Shown: positions 8,335 through 17,826, counted from the stretch's first letter. The stretch: 44,376 nt of DNA from a virus (IMGVR_UViG_3300017746_003174:1-44376), one strand, 5' to 3'. Numbers and translations are program-made. Notes: a model not told the origin generated them from the sequence alone.

Positions 8335-8918
8335 TGGAAAACTATCAAAAACCGCTGATGGCCGTATTGGCCATTAGCATGCTGGGGCTAGGAGCATGTT
8401 CCTCTAGTCCTTTCAGTGGAAAGGGTGAAAAAACTTCACTCTCTAATATTGGTACTATTGATAAGGACGGTCAACGATCAGACTTAATTCCTAATTGGTA
8501 TATCAATGTGCCAAAAGACGGCGAAGAAAAGATCTATGGTTCAGGTTCAGGTTTGTCATCTGATCTTCAATTCTCGATCGATAAAGCGATTCATCAGGCT
8601 AAAGTTGTCTTAGGTGACAAAATTAGTAATGAAGTTTCGGCTGAATTGAAAACATACATGTCTGATAATTCTCAGATTGGTAATGGTATCACCGTCGAAG
8701 AAACTCAAAAGGTTTCAAAATCAGGCTTTAAAAATGTAGATATCTCTCAGTATGATATTACTAATAAAGAAGTCTATAAAGAAGATGATAAGTTTAGAAC
8801 CTATATTCTTCTTGAAATCGATCCTCGAGGCAGAAAGTCAAACAAAGCAGTTGTTGTAAAACAATCTGATATTGATGACGCTCAAGCTGAATCAAGGAAA
8901 GCATTAGGTAATCTCTAG
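8334..8918 (+). CDS. lipoprotein (LPP20-like)
   Basis: Signal peptide with lipobox LGAC; IPNWY and GSGLSSDLQFSIDKA. Confidence 0.7.
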   Translation: MENYQKPLMAVLAISMLGLGACSSSPFSGKGEKTSLSNIGTIDKDGQRSDLIPNWYINVPKDGEEKIYGSGSGLSSDLQFSIDKAIHQAKVVLGDKISNEVSAELKTYMSDNSQIGNGITVEETQKVSKSGFKNVDISQYDITNKEVYKEDDKFRTYILLEIDPRGRKSNKAVVVKQSDIDDAQAESRKALGNL

Positions 8919-9121
8919 TGTTTAGATTTTTCTTAATGTGTGGCATATTTCTAGGTGGTTACTGGCTTGGCCAAACGCCAAGAACATGTAACTGTCCTAG
9001 TGTGCCAGACAACTACCTTTTCATTGAGACCGAATCTACAGATACGTGTGTAGAAAACAGTGGTAGAACTATTGTTACTCGTAAAGTTACACAAGGAAAA
9101 AGTGAAGTTTTTGAAAAATAA
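8918..9121 (+). CDS. small hypothetical protein with N-terminal hydrophobic segment
   Basis: Overlaps the previous stop by 1 nt. Confidence 0.5.
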   Translation: MFRFFLMCGIFLGGYWLGQTPRTCNCPSVPDNYLFIETESTDTCVENSGRTIVTRKVTQGKSEVFEK

Positions 9122-9124
9122 TTG

Positions 9125-9153
9125 TGTACATTCGGTAAAAAGTATGGTATAAT
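9125..9153 (+). promoter_or_regulatory. early promoter
   Basis: TGTACA-17nt-TATAAT. Confidence 0.85.
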
Positions 9154-9184
9154 ATATCTATAAAATGGAAAAGGAAAGAACATT

Positions 9185-9511
9185 ATGGGAATCGAATTTA
9201 ATAATAAGCACATGTCATCTAGCTACATTGGTGCATTTGACGTGGATAATCCTGAAGATCAAAAAGAATTAAAGCTAGTCAAGGGTATGGTTGCCTGGGC
9301 AAATAAATCCATGGCAGAACGTGGCGATAGTTACAGATATCGTGTATGTTTACGTGGACGAAAAGCTAAAGTTAAAATGAAGCTTGACCACCCACACTAC
9401 TCTTGGGCTCGCACAAAAGGTCCAGTCCAGTATGACTGCTGGGGCAACATAGTCGGAGGCATACAAAATGCTCAAGAAGTTCGTTGCTACATATATCGTA
9501 GAGTTAGGTGA
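9185..9511 (+). CDS. hypothetical early protein
   Basis: 108-aa ORF after the promoter and RBS. Confidence 0.75.
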   Translation: MGIEFNNKHMSSSYIGAFDVDNPEDQKELKLVKGMVAWANKSMAERGDSYRYRVCLRGRKAKVKMKLDHPHYSWARTKGPVQYDCWGNIVGGIQNAQEVRCYIYRRVR

Positions 9512-9550
9512 TTCTTTCCTTTCCTTTCTAAACACCTAATCCTTACGATC

Positions 9551-9589
9551 AAAGGGCACTAGTTTAATCACTAGTGCCCTTTTCTTTTT
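9551..9589 (+). terminator. rho-independent terminator
   Basis: AAAGGGCACTAGT-ttaatc-ACTAGTGCCCTTT followed by a T-tract. Confidence 0.85.
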
Positions 9590-9590
9590 A

Positions 9591-9598
9591 TATAAATA
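9591..9598 (+). promoter_or_regulatory. late promoter TATAAATA
   Basis: Exact consensus upstream of ORF 9625. Confidence 0.8.
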
Positions 9599-9624
9599 GA
9601 AATAACAATATTAAGGATTGACGC

Positions 9625-10707
9625 ATGCTTAAATTCAGAGACTATTTGGTAGAAGTTAGAGTAGACACTACGCAAAATGCTAGTATCACTGAGTTGTTTC
9701 CAGCTTTAGCTTTTAACAACGGCTATAAACCTACAGACATTAATAAATTTGCTGATTGGGCAAGAGAATTAGATCTTTCTTCTGGAAAATCTAAATCAAC
9801 ATTTGTTACTAATTCTAATGCAGAAGCTGGTAAAAAAGTTATTACTACTACATCACAAATGAAGCCTAAATTTTTTAAAGACAAAATGGAAAATGCAATA
9901 GGTATTACTAAATGGCTATATCAATTAAATAAAAAGAAAAAAATTAAAAATGTAGTATGGGGATATAGAGAAAAGCCAAAAGGCATTCCAGGGAATCATG
10001 CTGGAGATATTTTTGTATATTTTGCTGATAAAAGCAAATTAGGAGTAAGTCTAAAAGCTGGTACTAAGAAGTCAAAAGAACCTTTGTTAAACACATATGT
10101 CGGCACTACTTTCAACAAGATAGGTCAAGAAAAGAAGCTTGGTGCACTTGCTAATGAAATGTGGAGTAAACTATATTCTAAAATACCGGGAGTTACTGAT
10201 GTTGCAAACAAAAACAACTATATGAATAAAGGTATAAAAAACGAGGTTACTAATAAATATGTTGAGTATTTTGTAAAGAACGAAAAAGCTGCAAATGTGT
10301 TATATACAGAAATGCTTAATATTAACAGAGTGCATATGACTAAAGCTATTAATTCGTTATCTTTAGATGAGTTCAAAACGTGGGTTATAGATAATTTTAA
10401 TCTACAATTGACTTCTACAAATGTTGATGTTCCTTTAATACTTGTAAAAGCTGTAGGTAAAAATGCAGAAGAAAAAGCAGATGACCTTGCAGCTATGATA
10501 GGAACGCTTGTCAAGCATAAAGCTACTATTAATACTTCATCAGTACAAGAATGGTTTATTGAAATAGAAGATGCAACTGGTAACAAAGCTAAAATGAAAA
10601 TGGCAATTAGAAGTGATGCTGGTGTTAGAGCCGGTAAACCCCCTGGGCAAGTAGGAAGGCTTGGTAAATATCTAATGCTTAAAATGCAATACTCAGGATT
10701 AATTTAA
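9625..10707 (+). CDS. putative PD-(D/E)xK nuclease-fold protein with capsid-targeting-like N-terminus
   Basis: ITE...AGDIFV...GVSLK pattern; N-terminus MLKFRDYLVE. Confidence 0.6.
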   Translation: MLKFRDYLVEVRVDTTQNASITELFPALAFNNGYKPTDINKFADWARELDLSSGKSKSTFVTNSNAEAGKKVITTTSQMKPKFFKDKMENAIGITKWLYQLNKKKKIKNVVWGYREKPKGIPGNHAGDIFVYFADKSKLGVSLKAGTKKSKEPLLNTYVGTTFNKIGQEKKLGALANEMWSKLYSKIPGVTDVANKNNYMNKGIKNEVTNKYVEYFVKNEKAANVLYTEMLNINRVHMTKAINSLSLDEFKTWVIDNFNLQLTSTNVDVPLILVKAVGKNAEEKADDLAAMIGTLVKHKATINTSSVQEWFIEIEDATGNKAKMKMAIRSDAGVRAGKPPGQVGRLGKYLMLKMQYSGLI

Positions 10708-10731
10708 TCTAATACAGATAGAAATGAGAAA

Positions 10732-11295
10732 ATGAATTTTGAAAAAACACGCTTAAAATTTGATACGACTAAACTTATAAAAGACTATCAAGATTTTATA
10801 ACAAATAATGAATTCGTCACAGACGATAAAACTTTAGTAGACTTTAATGCTATTTGCATTAATAGAAAAGAAGGCGATGAATCGTCAGTTACAGGTGGAA
10901 ATGTTAGAGGTAAATATTGGACTTATCCTACTGACACAGCTGCCGAAGAAGAAAGATTAGAGTACGTAGATGAAGAGGCTTATAATGAAATATGCCCTGA
11001 ATTTGCAGGTACTTACACAGAAGAAGTATACAACGAATGTAAGAAACACTATAAACTTGGACGAATGAGATTTTTAATGAAGCCTCCTCGTAGTTGTTTA
11101 TCGTGGCATAGGGATCCAGAGCGTAGGCTTCATATTCCTATTATTACTAACCTTGGTTGTCGTATGGTAATTGAAAATGAAGCACAATACATGTCAACAG
11201 AACATGTCTATATTACTGATAATACAAAATATCACAACTTCTTCAATGGTGGAGAAGAGAATAGAGTACATATTGTGGCAACAATACTTGAATAA
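10732..11295 (+). CDS. aspartyl/asparaginyl beta-hydroxylase-like Fe(II)/2OG oxygenase
   Basis: LSWHRD, RLHIPIITN, YHNFFN and RVHIV. Confidence 0.85.
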   Translation: MNFEKTRLKFDTTKLIKDYQDFITNNEFVTDDKTLVDFNAICINRKEGDESSVTGGNVRGKYWTYPTDTAAEEERLEYVDEEAYNEICPEFAGTYTEEVYNECKKHYKLGRMRFLMKPPRSCLSWHRDPERRLHIPIITNLGCRMVIENEAQYMSTEHVYITDNTKYHNFFNGGEENRVHIVATILE

Positions 11296-11300
11296 AGTAT

Positions 11301-11329
11301 TGTACTTTGCATGAAAACTATGGTATAAT
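11301..11329 (+). promoter_or_regulatory. early promoter
   Basis: TGTACT-17nt-TATAAT. Confidence 0.85.
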
Positions 11330-11357
11330 TATACTATAAATTAAAAAAGGAAAACTT

Positions 11358-12587
11358 ATGTTACAGTTTAAGCAACATATCACCGAAGAAAAAAATACTC
11401 ATATGACTCATATTGAGGACAAAGTTCTTTATGGTGGTGTCAATGGTACTAGAGAAGCTATAAACGCTCTTAGATCTTTGCGTGATATGCTTGCTGGCTC
11501 ACATGATGGTAAAGTTTCTGAGAAATGGGACGGTGCTCCAGCAGTGTTCTGTGGGATCGATCCTACTGACGGTAAATTCTTTGTAGCTAAAAAAGGTATC
11601 TTTAATAAGAACCCAAAGGTTTACAAAACAGAAGCAGATGTTGATGAAGACACAAAAGGAGACTTAGCTACTAAACTCAAAATGTGTCTAAAGTATTTTC
11701 CTGCATTAGGAATAAAAGGAGTTATTCAAGGTGACTTGTTATATACAAAATCAGATCTCAAGAAACAAAAAATTAAAGGCCAATCTTATATTACCTTTCA
11801 CCCTAATACAATTGTATATGCAGTGCCTGCAGGCACGCCAATGGCCAAGGAAGTAATCAACGCAAAAGTTGGTGTTGTTTGGCATACTACATATAAAGGC
11901 AAAACTTTCGAGACAATGAAAGCATCATACGGTGTAAATGTGAAAGCACTTAAAAAATCAAAAAACGTATGGATGCAGGATGCAATGTTAAAGGACATGC
12001 AAAAAGCAACCATGTCAAAAAAGGAAACGGAGGCAGTAAATGCACATCTATCACAAGCTGGTAAGTTATTTAATCAAATTGCAGGAAGTACTTTGCGCGA
12101 GTTGGAAAAAGATGATAAGCTTTCTCAAACAATTGAAACTTATGGTAACACGTTTGTACGTAAAGGTCAAGTCATGGGTGACACCACCAAGCATGTGGTT
12201 GGTCTCATCGCTAATATCAATGCTAAAATGGACAAAGAAAAAGATAAACGCAAGTCTGTCAAAGGAAAAGAATCAGTAGACTCTAGAAGACAGGCATTAT
12301 TAGATTTCTTTTCGACTAAGAACAAAAAAAGTTTAGTAAAAATGTTTGATTTACAAAAAGAGATCGTTCTAGCAAAATTAAAACTTATAAATATACTACA
12401 AAGGGTCAGTAATATTGAGACCTTTGTAAAAACAAAAAATGGGTTTAAGGTTACTGGCTCAGAAGGCTATGTGGCTATTGACACACTCGGTGGTGGTGCG
12501 GTAAAGATTGTTGATCGTATGGAATTTTCATACAACAACTTTTCGCCTGATATATTAAAAGGATGGGATAAGTCGGGAGGCAAGTAA
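11358..12587 (+). CDS. conserved T4-like phage protein (DUF6267-like) with ligase/capping-enzyme nucleotidyltransferase motifs
   Basis: EKWDG (motif I KxDG), IQGDL (III), EGYV (IV) and VKIV (V); N-terminus MLQFKQHITEE. Confidence 0.7.
   Translation: MLQFKQHITEEKNTHMTHIEDKVLYGGVNGTREAINALRSLRDMLAGSHDGKVSEKWDGAPAVFCGIDPTDGKFFVAKKGIFNKNPKVYKTEADVDEDTKGDLATKLKMCLKYFPALGIKGVIQGDLLYTKSDLKKQKIKGQSYITFHPNTIVYAVPAGTPMAKEVINAKVGVVWHTTYKGKTFETMKASYGVNVKALKKSKNVWMQDAMLKDMQKATMSKKETEAVNAHLSQAGKLFNQIAGSTLRELEKDDKLSQTIETYGNTFVRKGQVMGDTTKHVVGLIANINAKMDKEKDKRKSVKGKESVDSRRQALLDFFSTKNKKSLVKMFDLQKEIVLAKLKLINILQRVSNIETFVKTKNGFKVTGSEGYVAIDTLGGGAVKIVDRMEFSYNNFSPDILKGWDKSGGK
12386..12393 (+). promoter_or_regulatory. 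late promoter TATAAATA (intragenic)
   Basis: Exact consensus about 200 nt upstream of ORF 12588. Confidence 0.5.
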
Positions 12588-12941
12588 ATGATCAGATTTT
12601 CTGAATGGGTGGAGTTTACATCACCTGAAGAAATCGAAGAAGTATTATCTAATCAAGGTCGACGTGCCTTGTCTCGCTCAATGAAGCGCAACAGATTTAA
12701 ACTTGCGAGATCTCGTAAGAAACAAAAGCGCCGTAGAGCCGATTCCACCAGAATTAATAGAAGAGCTAATAGACAAGCTAGAACTAATCTTATAAAGAAG
12801 TTTAGTGGAGGTAAGTCTAAGAGCTCTATGTCACTTGGCCAGAAGAAGAATGCTGAGCGTAAAGCAAATATGATGAAACAGAGACAAAGGGCTATGAGTA
12901 AAATGCTCAGAGCTCCAAAGAGAAGAGCTGATAGAAGATGA
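12588..12941 (+). CDS. very basic Arg/Lys-rich protein with acidic N-terminal leader
   Basis: MIRFSEWVE...EEIEE followed by an R/K-rich body. Confidence 0.75.
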   Translation: MIRFSEWVEFTSPEEIEEVLSNQGRRALSRSMKRNRFKLARSRKKQKRRRADSTRINRRANRQARTNLIKKFSGGKSKSSMSLGQKKNAERKANMMKQRQRAMSKMLRAPKRRADRR

Positions 12942-13927
12942 TTAATAGGTTTAAAGATTTCCTAGTTGAAGAAGAAAAAACAGTGTTTGTTGTGTTTGGA
13001 CGGATGAATCCTCCAACAATCGGCCATGGAAAACTTCTTGATGTACTAGCCAAAAAGGCTGGTAGAAATCCGTATAAGATATTTTTGTCTCAATCACAGG
13101 ATCCTAAAAAGAATCCTTTAAAGTACACTGATAAAGTTAAAAATGTACGTAAGATGTTTCCTAAGCATGCTCGTTCTGTAATGATTAATAAGAAAGTAAC
13201 TAATGCATTAAACGCATTGTCTTCATTATATGATGAAGGTTTTAGAAAAGTTTATTGGGTTGCTGGTAGTGATAGAGTTAATGAATATCAAATTAGACTA
13301 AACAAATATAACGGCAAAAAAGGATCATTTGGATTCTATAATTTCGATGGTGGAGTACAAGTTATTTCTGCTGGTGAAAGAGATCCAGATGAAGAAGGCG
13401 CAACTGGTGCTTCAGGTACTAAGCAAAGAGAATTTGCTCAAGCTAATAACTTTCCTGAGTTTGCTAAAGGTTTACCACCTAAAATGTCTAATGGCGATGC
13501 TAAACGTTTATTTAATGATGTTAGAAAAGGCATGGGCCTTAAAGAACAAAAAGTTATTCAAAATCATGTCCAATTGGAAAAGGTTTCTGATAAAAGAGAG
13601 CAGTTCGTAAAAGGCGAATTATTTGAAGTTGGAGATGATGTAGTTATTAAAGCTACAGACGAGGTAGCACGAGTAATGCACCTTGGTTCAAATTATGTTG
13701 TTGTAGAATCTAATGGTAAAACTTTACGTAAGTGGGTTGATGCTGTTGAAAGGATTGAAGAGATTTCTAAGTCCACAAAGGATAAAAGAGATGCTCATTT
13801 CGATAAGAATGCAGATAAGGCAGATGATGATCCATCTGCATATAAGCCAGCTCCGGGTGATGCCACAGCAAAAACAAAGACAAGTAAACATACTAAAAAA
13901 TTTAAAGCAATGTTTGGAGATGACTAA
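12938..13927 (+). CDS. HxGH cytidylyltransferase/NMNAT-like nucleotidyltransferase
   Basis: FGRMNPPTIGH, VAGSDR, SAGERDPD and SGTKQR, plus a C-terminal SH3-like segment. Confidence 0.85.
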   Translation: MINRFKDFLVEEEKTVFVVFGRMNPPTIGHGKLLDVLAKKAGRNPYKIFLSQSQDPKKNPLKYTDKVKNVRKMFPKHARSVMINKKVTNALNALSSLYDEGFRKVYWVAGSDRVNEYQIRLNKYNGKKGSFGFYNFDGGVQVISAGERDPDEEGATGASGTKQREFAQANNFPEFAKGLPPKMSNGDAKRLFNDVRKGMGLKEQKVIQNHVQLEKVSDKREQFVKGELFEVGDDVVIKATDEVARVMHLGSNYVVVESNGKTLRKWVDAVERIEEISKSTKDKRDAHFDKNADKADDDPSAYKPAPGDATAKTKTSKHTKKFKAMFGDD

Positions 13928-14169
13928 TGGTCAAATTTAAAGATTATATCACTGAATCAGAAGGACTAAAGAATAAGGCTGAAAAGTCTGGTATGCCTCT
14001 AGGAATTCTAAAGAAAGTTTATAATCGTGGAATGGCAGCTTGGAAGACAAGTCATCGCCCAGGGACAACACCTCAACAATGGGCCTTTGCTCGTGTTAAC
14101 TCATTCGTAACTAAATCTAAAGGCACATGGGGTGGTGCTGATAAAGATTTAGCAGCAAAGGTAAAATAA
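13927..14169 (+). CDS. conserved basic phage protein (DUF5824-like)
   Basis: KVYNRGMAAW...PQQWAFARVNSF; N-terminus MVKFKDYITE. Confidence 0.7.
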   Translation: MVKFKDYITESEGLKNKAEKSGMPLGILKKVYNRGMAAWKTSHRPGTTPQQWAFARVNSFVTKSKGTWGGADKDLAAKVK

Positions 14170-14937
14170 ATGAAAAGTTTCGATCAATTAAGACTCGGTT
14201 TAAAAGAAGGATCTTGGCATTTGCCGGGCGACAAAAAGGTAGCAGCTAGATTTAAAAAAGCAATGTCAAAGCCTATTAAATTAGGTAAAGATGGTGATGA
14301 TGCTGTTGAAGCAATTGAGCCATATATTGGCGATGATATTCTATATGACGATCTTGCTGCAGCTGGAAAAAAGAAGCCAAATGACGATGCTCGTAAGATT
14401 ATCATGAAAGCCATGAAAAGACTTAACATTGATCCAAAAACATTTCAATGGAAAGGTGGCAAAAATGAGTCACTCGAAGAAGCAAAGAAGTTTGATTCAA
14501 AACTAATTAAACAAGCATACGGTATTGCCAACGATAAGAGATACAAAGGTGGCAACATGACAGGTGCAGTTAAAGCTATCGAGAAACTTGCAAAAGGTTT
14601 ATCACAGCATCCAGACGTACAAAAAGTTTTAAAAGTAACTAATGAAATGAAAGAAGGTCTTTGGGACAACATTAGAGCAAAAAGAGCAGCAGGTAAGCCT
14701 AAAGCAAAGCCGGGCGATAAAGGTTATCCTAAGACTTTAGACATTGAACAAGTAAGTAACGAAGATCTTGTTAAAGAAGATATGAAAGCTGGAAAGTATA
14801 AAAAAGGCGAACTCATAGTTAGTGGCCAATGGCCTAACCCAGATGCTTGGGTGAAAGAATACATTATGCCAAACATAGACAAAAAAGGCGTACGTATTTA
14901 TTCAACCGGACCATCATTTAAAATAGAGAAACTATAA
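14170..14937 (+). CDS. Lys-rich hypothetical protein, putative head internal protein
   Basis: MKSFDQLRLGLKE; contains a GLWDNIRAKR module. Confidence 0.7.
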   Translation: MKSFDQLRLGLKEGSWHLPGDKKVAARFKKAMSKPIKLGKDGDDAVEAIEPYIGDDILYDDLAAAGKKKPNDDARKIIMKAMKRLNIDPKTFQWKGGKNESLEEAKKFDSKLIKQAYGIANDKRYKGGNMTGAVKAIEKLAKGLSQHPDVQKVLKVTNEMKEGLWDNIRAKRAAGKPKAKPGDKGYPKTLDIEQVSNEDLVKEDMKAGKYKKGELIVSGQWPNPDAWVKEYIMPNIDKKGVRIYSTGPSFKIEKL

Positions 14938-15302
14938 TGAAAAAATTTGCACAATTTATAGATGAAGCAGTTAAGCCATCTTTTGGACACCATGCTGACA
15001 CGCAGAAAAAGAAAATGATAAAGCCATCAGACAAAAGTAAGCTTTTAAAGATTAGACAGATGCTTGATAAAGAAAAAAAGCCTGTTAGAAAAGAAGCTAT
15101 GAGCCCTAAAGAAAAAGCAGCTCATGATAAAGCTATTGCTGACTTTAAGAAAAAAGGTGGAAAGATTAAAAAATTACCACCAGGGAAAGCACAAGGTTAT
15201 CATGGTAAAGATGATGCGGGCGATGGTGTTATGGGCATGCTCGACAGAGGAGACTCTTCTAAGTTTAAGAAGGGTAAAAAAGTAAAGCCAATGAGAAGAT
15301 AA
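14937..15302 (+). CDS. Lys-rich hypothetical protein, putative head internal protein
   Basis: MKKFAQFIDE N-terminus. Confidence 0.7.
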   Translation: MKKFAQFIDEAVKPSFGHHADTQKKKMIKPSDKSKLLKIRQMLDKEKKPVRKEAMSPKEKAAHDKAIADFKKKGGKIKKLPPGKAQGYHGKDDAGDGVMGMLDRGDSSKFKKGKKVKPMRR

Positions 15303-15596
15303 ATGCAAGAAATCGGAACAGATAAATATACTAAACACGCAAAGAAAATGACTCCCGGTGAGGCAAAGACTTTTGACGACATTCGTGTTGAAAAGAAAAG
15401 CGAAACTTGGGAAGCAGGTTATAAACGTAGAGTAGTAAAAACGACTGATCCTGATCATAAAGCAAAAGGCTTGAATTGGAGAATTAAAGGAAAAGAACGA
15501 CCTGAGATCTCTATTAAATTATATAAAGAGAAGCCATCACAGGCACAATTTAATAAACAAATGAGAAGAGTAGCGGGGCACGAATTTGGTGGATAA
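15303..15596 (+). CDS. basic hypothetical protein
   Basis: EIGTDKY...MTPGE motif; tightly packed in the operon. Confidence 0.65.
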   Translation: MQEIGTDKYTKHAKKMTPGEAKTFDDIRVEKKSETWEAGYKRRVVKTTDPDHKAKGLNWRIKGKERPEISIKLYKEKPSQAQFNKQMRRVAGHEFGG

Positions 15597-15876
15597 ATTT
15601 AAAACATTTATAGAAGCTCGTGGCGAAGACGGAAAAGGTCATTTTAGATCTACTAAGTCAGGTGCAGGTATGACTGCTAAAGGTGTAGCTGCTGTTAACA
15701 GAAAAACTGGTGGAAATCTTAAAACCGCTGTCACAGGTAAAGTAAAACCTGGGAGTAAAGATGCAGGAAGACGTAAATCTTTTTGTGCTAGAATGAGCGG
15801 CGTAAAAGGTCCAATGAAAGACGAAAAAGGTAGACCAACGCGGAAAGCTATGTCGCTTAAACGTTGGAAATGTTAA
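15586..15876 (+). CDS. basic conserved phage protein (DUF6321-like)
   Basis: GMTAKG, RRKSFCARM and RKAMSLKRWKC. Confidence 0.7.
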   Translation: MVDKFKTFIEARGEDGKGHFRSTKSGAGMTAKGVAAVNRKTGGNLKTAVTGKVKPGSKDAGRRKSFCARMSGVKGPMKDEKGRPTRKAMSLKRWKC

Positions 15877-15899
15877 ATTTAAAACAAGGATTATCGGTA

Positions 15900-16181
15900 A
15901 TGCCGGCAACAACACAAAATCAGCGATTAGATCGCATTGAAGAAAAGATTGATAAGCTCGCTGAAGCGATGGTGTCGTTAGCGCGTGCCGAAGAAAAGAT
16001 TGGTAGTCTACAACAAGATCATCAACAAACCTTTGATAGAATGAATCGTTTTAGTGTAAAGCTAGACGAAATTGAGAAAAAAGTAGATTCTAATGCCAAG
16101 ACAGTAGATTTCATCCACAAACTGTTTTGGGTATGCATCGTTGCAATTGTAACGGGTATTGCAAGTCAAATCTGGATGTAA
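15900..16181 (+). CDS. coiled-coil protein with C-terminal transmembrane helix
   Basis: RLDRIEEKIDKL heptads and a hydrophobic C-terminus. Confidence 0.7.
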   Translation: MPATTQNQRLDRIEEKIDKLAEAMVSLARAEEKIGSLQQDHQQTFDRMNRFSVKLDEIEKKVDSNAKTVDFIHKLFWVCIVAIVTGIASQIWM

Positions 16182-16195
16182 AAAAGGATAAATAA

Positions 16196-17446
16196 ATGAA
16201 AACCGAAGACATCAAAAAAATGGGGCTTGCGTACCTTTCCGTTATCGAAGCTGCCTCTAAAAAAGAAGATAACTCCAACGACAAATCAGATGATGGTGAT
16301 GGTATGGATAAAGTCCAGCCTAAAGCTGTTAAGAAGAAGTTTGACGATCGTAAAGATAAAGATATCGACAATGATGGTGATACTGATTCATCTGATGAGT
16401 TTTTACATAAAAAACGTAAAGCTATTTCTAAAGCTATGGACAAAGAAGAGCCAAAGTCCGAAGGCAAACGTGGATTTATTATGGCAGCTAAGGCAGCCAA
16501 AGCAAATGGCGATAAGACATTCGTATTTGCAGGTAAAAAATATAATTGCGAAGAAGCTTTAGGTGGCAAATTTGAGTCACTTGACTGGTTAACATATATG
16601 GACGAAGACGAATTCGATACACTTATCGAAGAAGCTACTCCAGAGCAATTAGACGAAATCATTGGTACTCTTAAAAAGATTGGTGGCGCTGCTGTCGGCG
16701 GAGTAAAGAAAGTTGCTAATAGATTCTCAACTGCTGGTAGAGCAGATGCTGCAGACAATAAATTGGCCAAAGCTAAAAAGAAGGTTGCTGATAAAGATCG
16801 CCTTGCAAAAGCAAAGGCAGGATTAGCTGCATTGAAAAAGAAGCCAACTTCTGAAGATGAAGACCATAGTGATGACCAAGATGATGCACCTGCTGCTGAT
16901 GAAAAGCCAGATGATAAAAAGAAAAAGAAAGTTGCTGAACCAGCTGACGATGAAGTAAAAGAAGAAAAAGACCAAATATGTGAAAAGTGTGGTAAGGTTC
17001 ATGAAGGTGAATGTGATCCAGCTGATGTCAAAGAATTTAAGCTAAAAGAAATGAAAAAGAAAAAGAAGCTTAAAGCTGATGACGAAGATCCTGCAGATGC
17101 AGATTCAGTAGAAGCAGATGACGATGAAGAAAAACCTACAGTGGCCAAAGAAGAAGCTACTATTGAAAAGACATATGCTGGTGTTCAAAGTGGCATGCGT
17201 CAAGCAATGATGAAAATGTGGGAAAATGCGCAAACTAAAGGTGCAACTAAACCAGAAGGCCAGTTTGACAAAAACTCAAAGTCAGCTGACAAAATGGTTA
17301 AAGACCATAAGCCAGAAGTAAAAGGCGACGCTAAAATTGTTGCTGATGCTGCTGCAAAAGTTCCTGCTGTAAAACCATCACCAATGCGTAAAGGTGATAA
17401 CGCAGCAGGCGATAAAACTATTATTAATAAACCATCGGAGAAATAA
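16196..17446 (+). CDS. highly charged low-complexity protein (putative prohead core/internal protein)
   Basis: 416 aa, rich in K/D/E/A; AAGGA RBS. Confidence 0.75.
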   Translation: MKTEDIKKMGLAYLSVIEAASKKEDNSNDKSDDGDGMDKVQPKAVKKKFDDRKDKDIDNDGDTDSSDEFLHKKRKAISKAMDKEEPKSEGKRGFIMAAKAAKANGDKTFVFAGKKYNCEEALGGKFESLDWLTYMDEDEFDTLIEEATPEQLDEIIGTLKKIGGAAVGGVKKVANRFSTAGRADAADNKLAKAKKKVADKDRLAKAKAGLAALKKKPTSEDEDHSDDQDDAPAADEKPDDKKKKKVAEPADDEVKEEKDQICEKCGKVHEGECDPADVKEFKLKEMKKKKKLKADDEDPADADSVEADDDEEKPTVAKEEATIEKTYAGVQSGMRQAMMKMWENAQTKGATKPEGQFDKNSKSADKMVKDHKPEVKGDAKIVADAAAKVPAVKPSPMRKGDNAAGDKTIINKPSEK

Positions 17447-17448
17447 TT

Positions 17449-17793
17449 ATGGCTATATCACCCCCAGGCTGGGCTAAAGATGCTACTCCAACTGCACGCG
17501 GTTGGGTATCACCAAATGGTGAACTTCTGAAATCTCAAAGAATTTCAGAAGCTGACATTGCAGAATGGAATGGAGCTGCTCCGGCAGCTGCACCAATTCC
17601 AGAAGCGATTGTAGAAGTTCCTGTTCAAGAAGCAGAAATGCTAAATGAAGCTGCTCCTACAAAGTCATTAGATGATATGACTAAGCGCGAACTGGAAGCA
17701 TTCGGAAGATCTGAATACGGTATTGAATTAGACCGTAGACAATCTAAGGAATCCTTGATCGAAGAACTTGAAATCCAAGGAATTCCTCACTAA
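17449..17793 (+). CDS. hypothetical protein with C-terminal helix-extension-helix-like motif
   Basis: LDDMTKRELEAFG...GIELDRRQSKESLIEEL. Confidence 0.7.
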   Translation: MAISPPGWAKDATPTARGWVSPNGELLKSQRISEADIAEWNGAAPAAAPIPEAIVEVPVQEAEMLNEAAPTKSLDDMTKRELEAFGRSEYGIELDRRQSKESLIEELEIQGIPH

Positions 17794-17826
17794 TATATAA
17801 TTCTTTAAGAATATATTAGGTGACGA

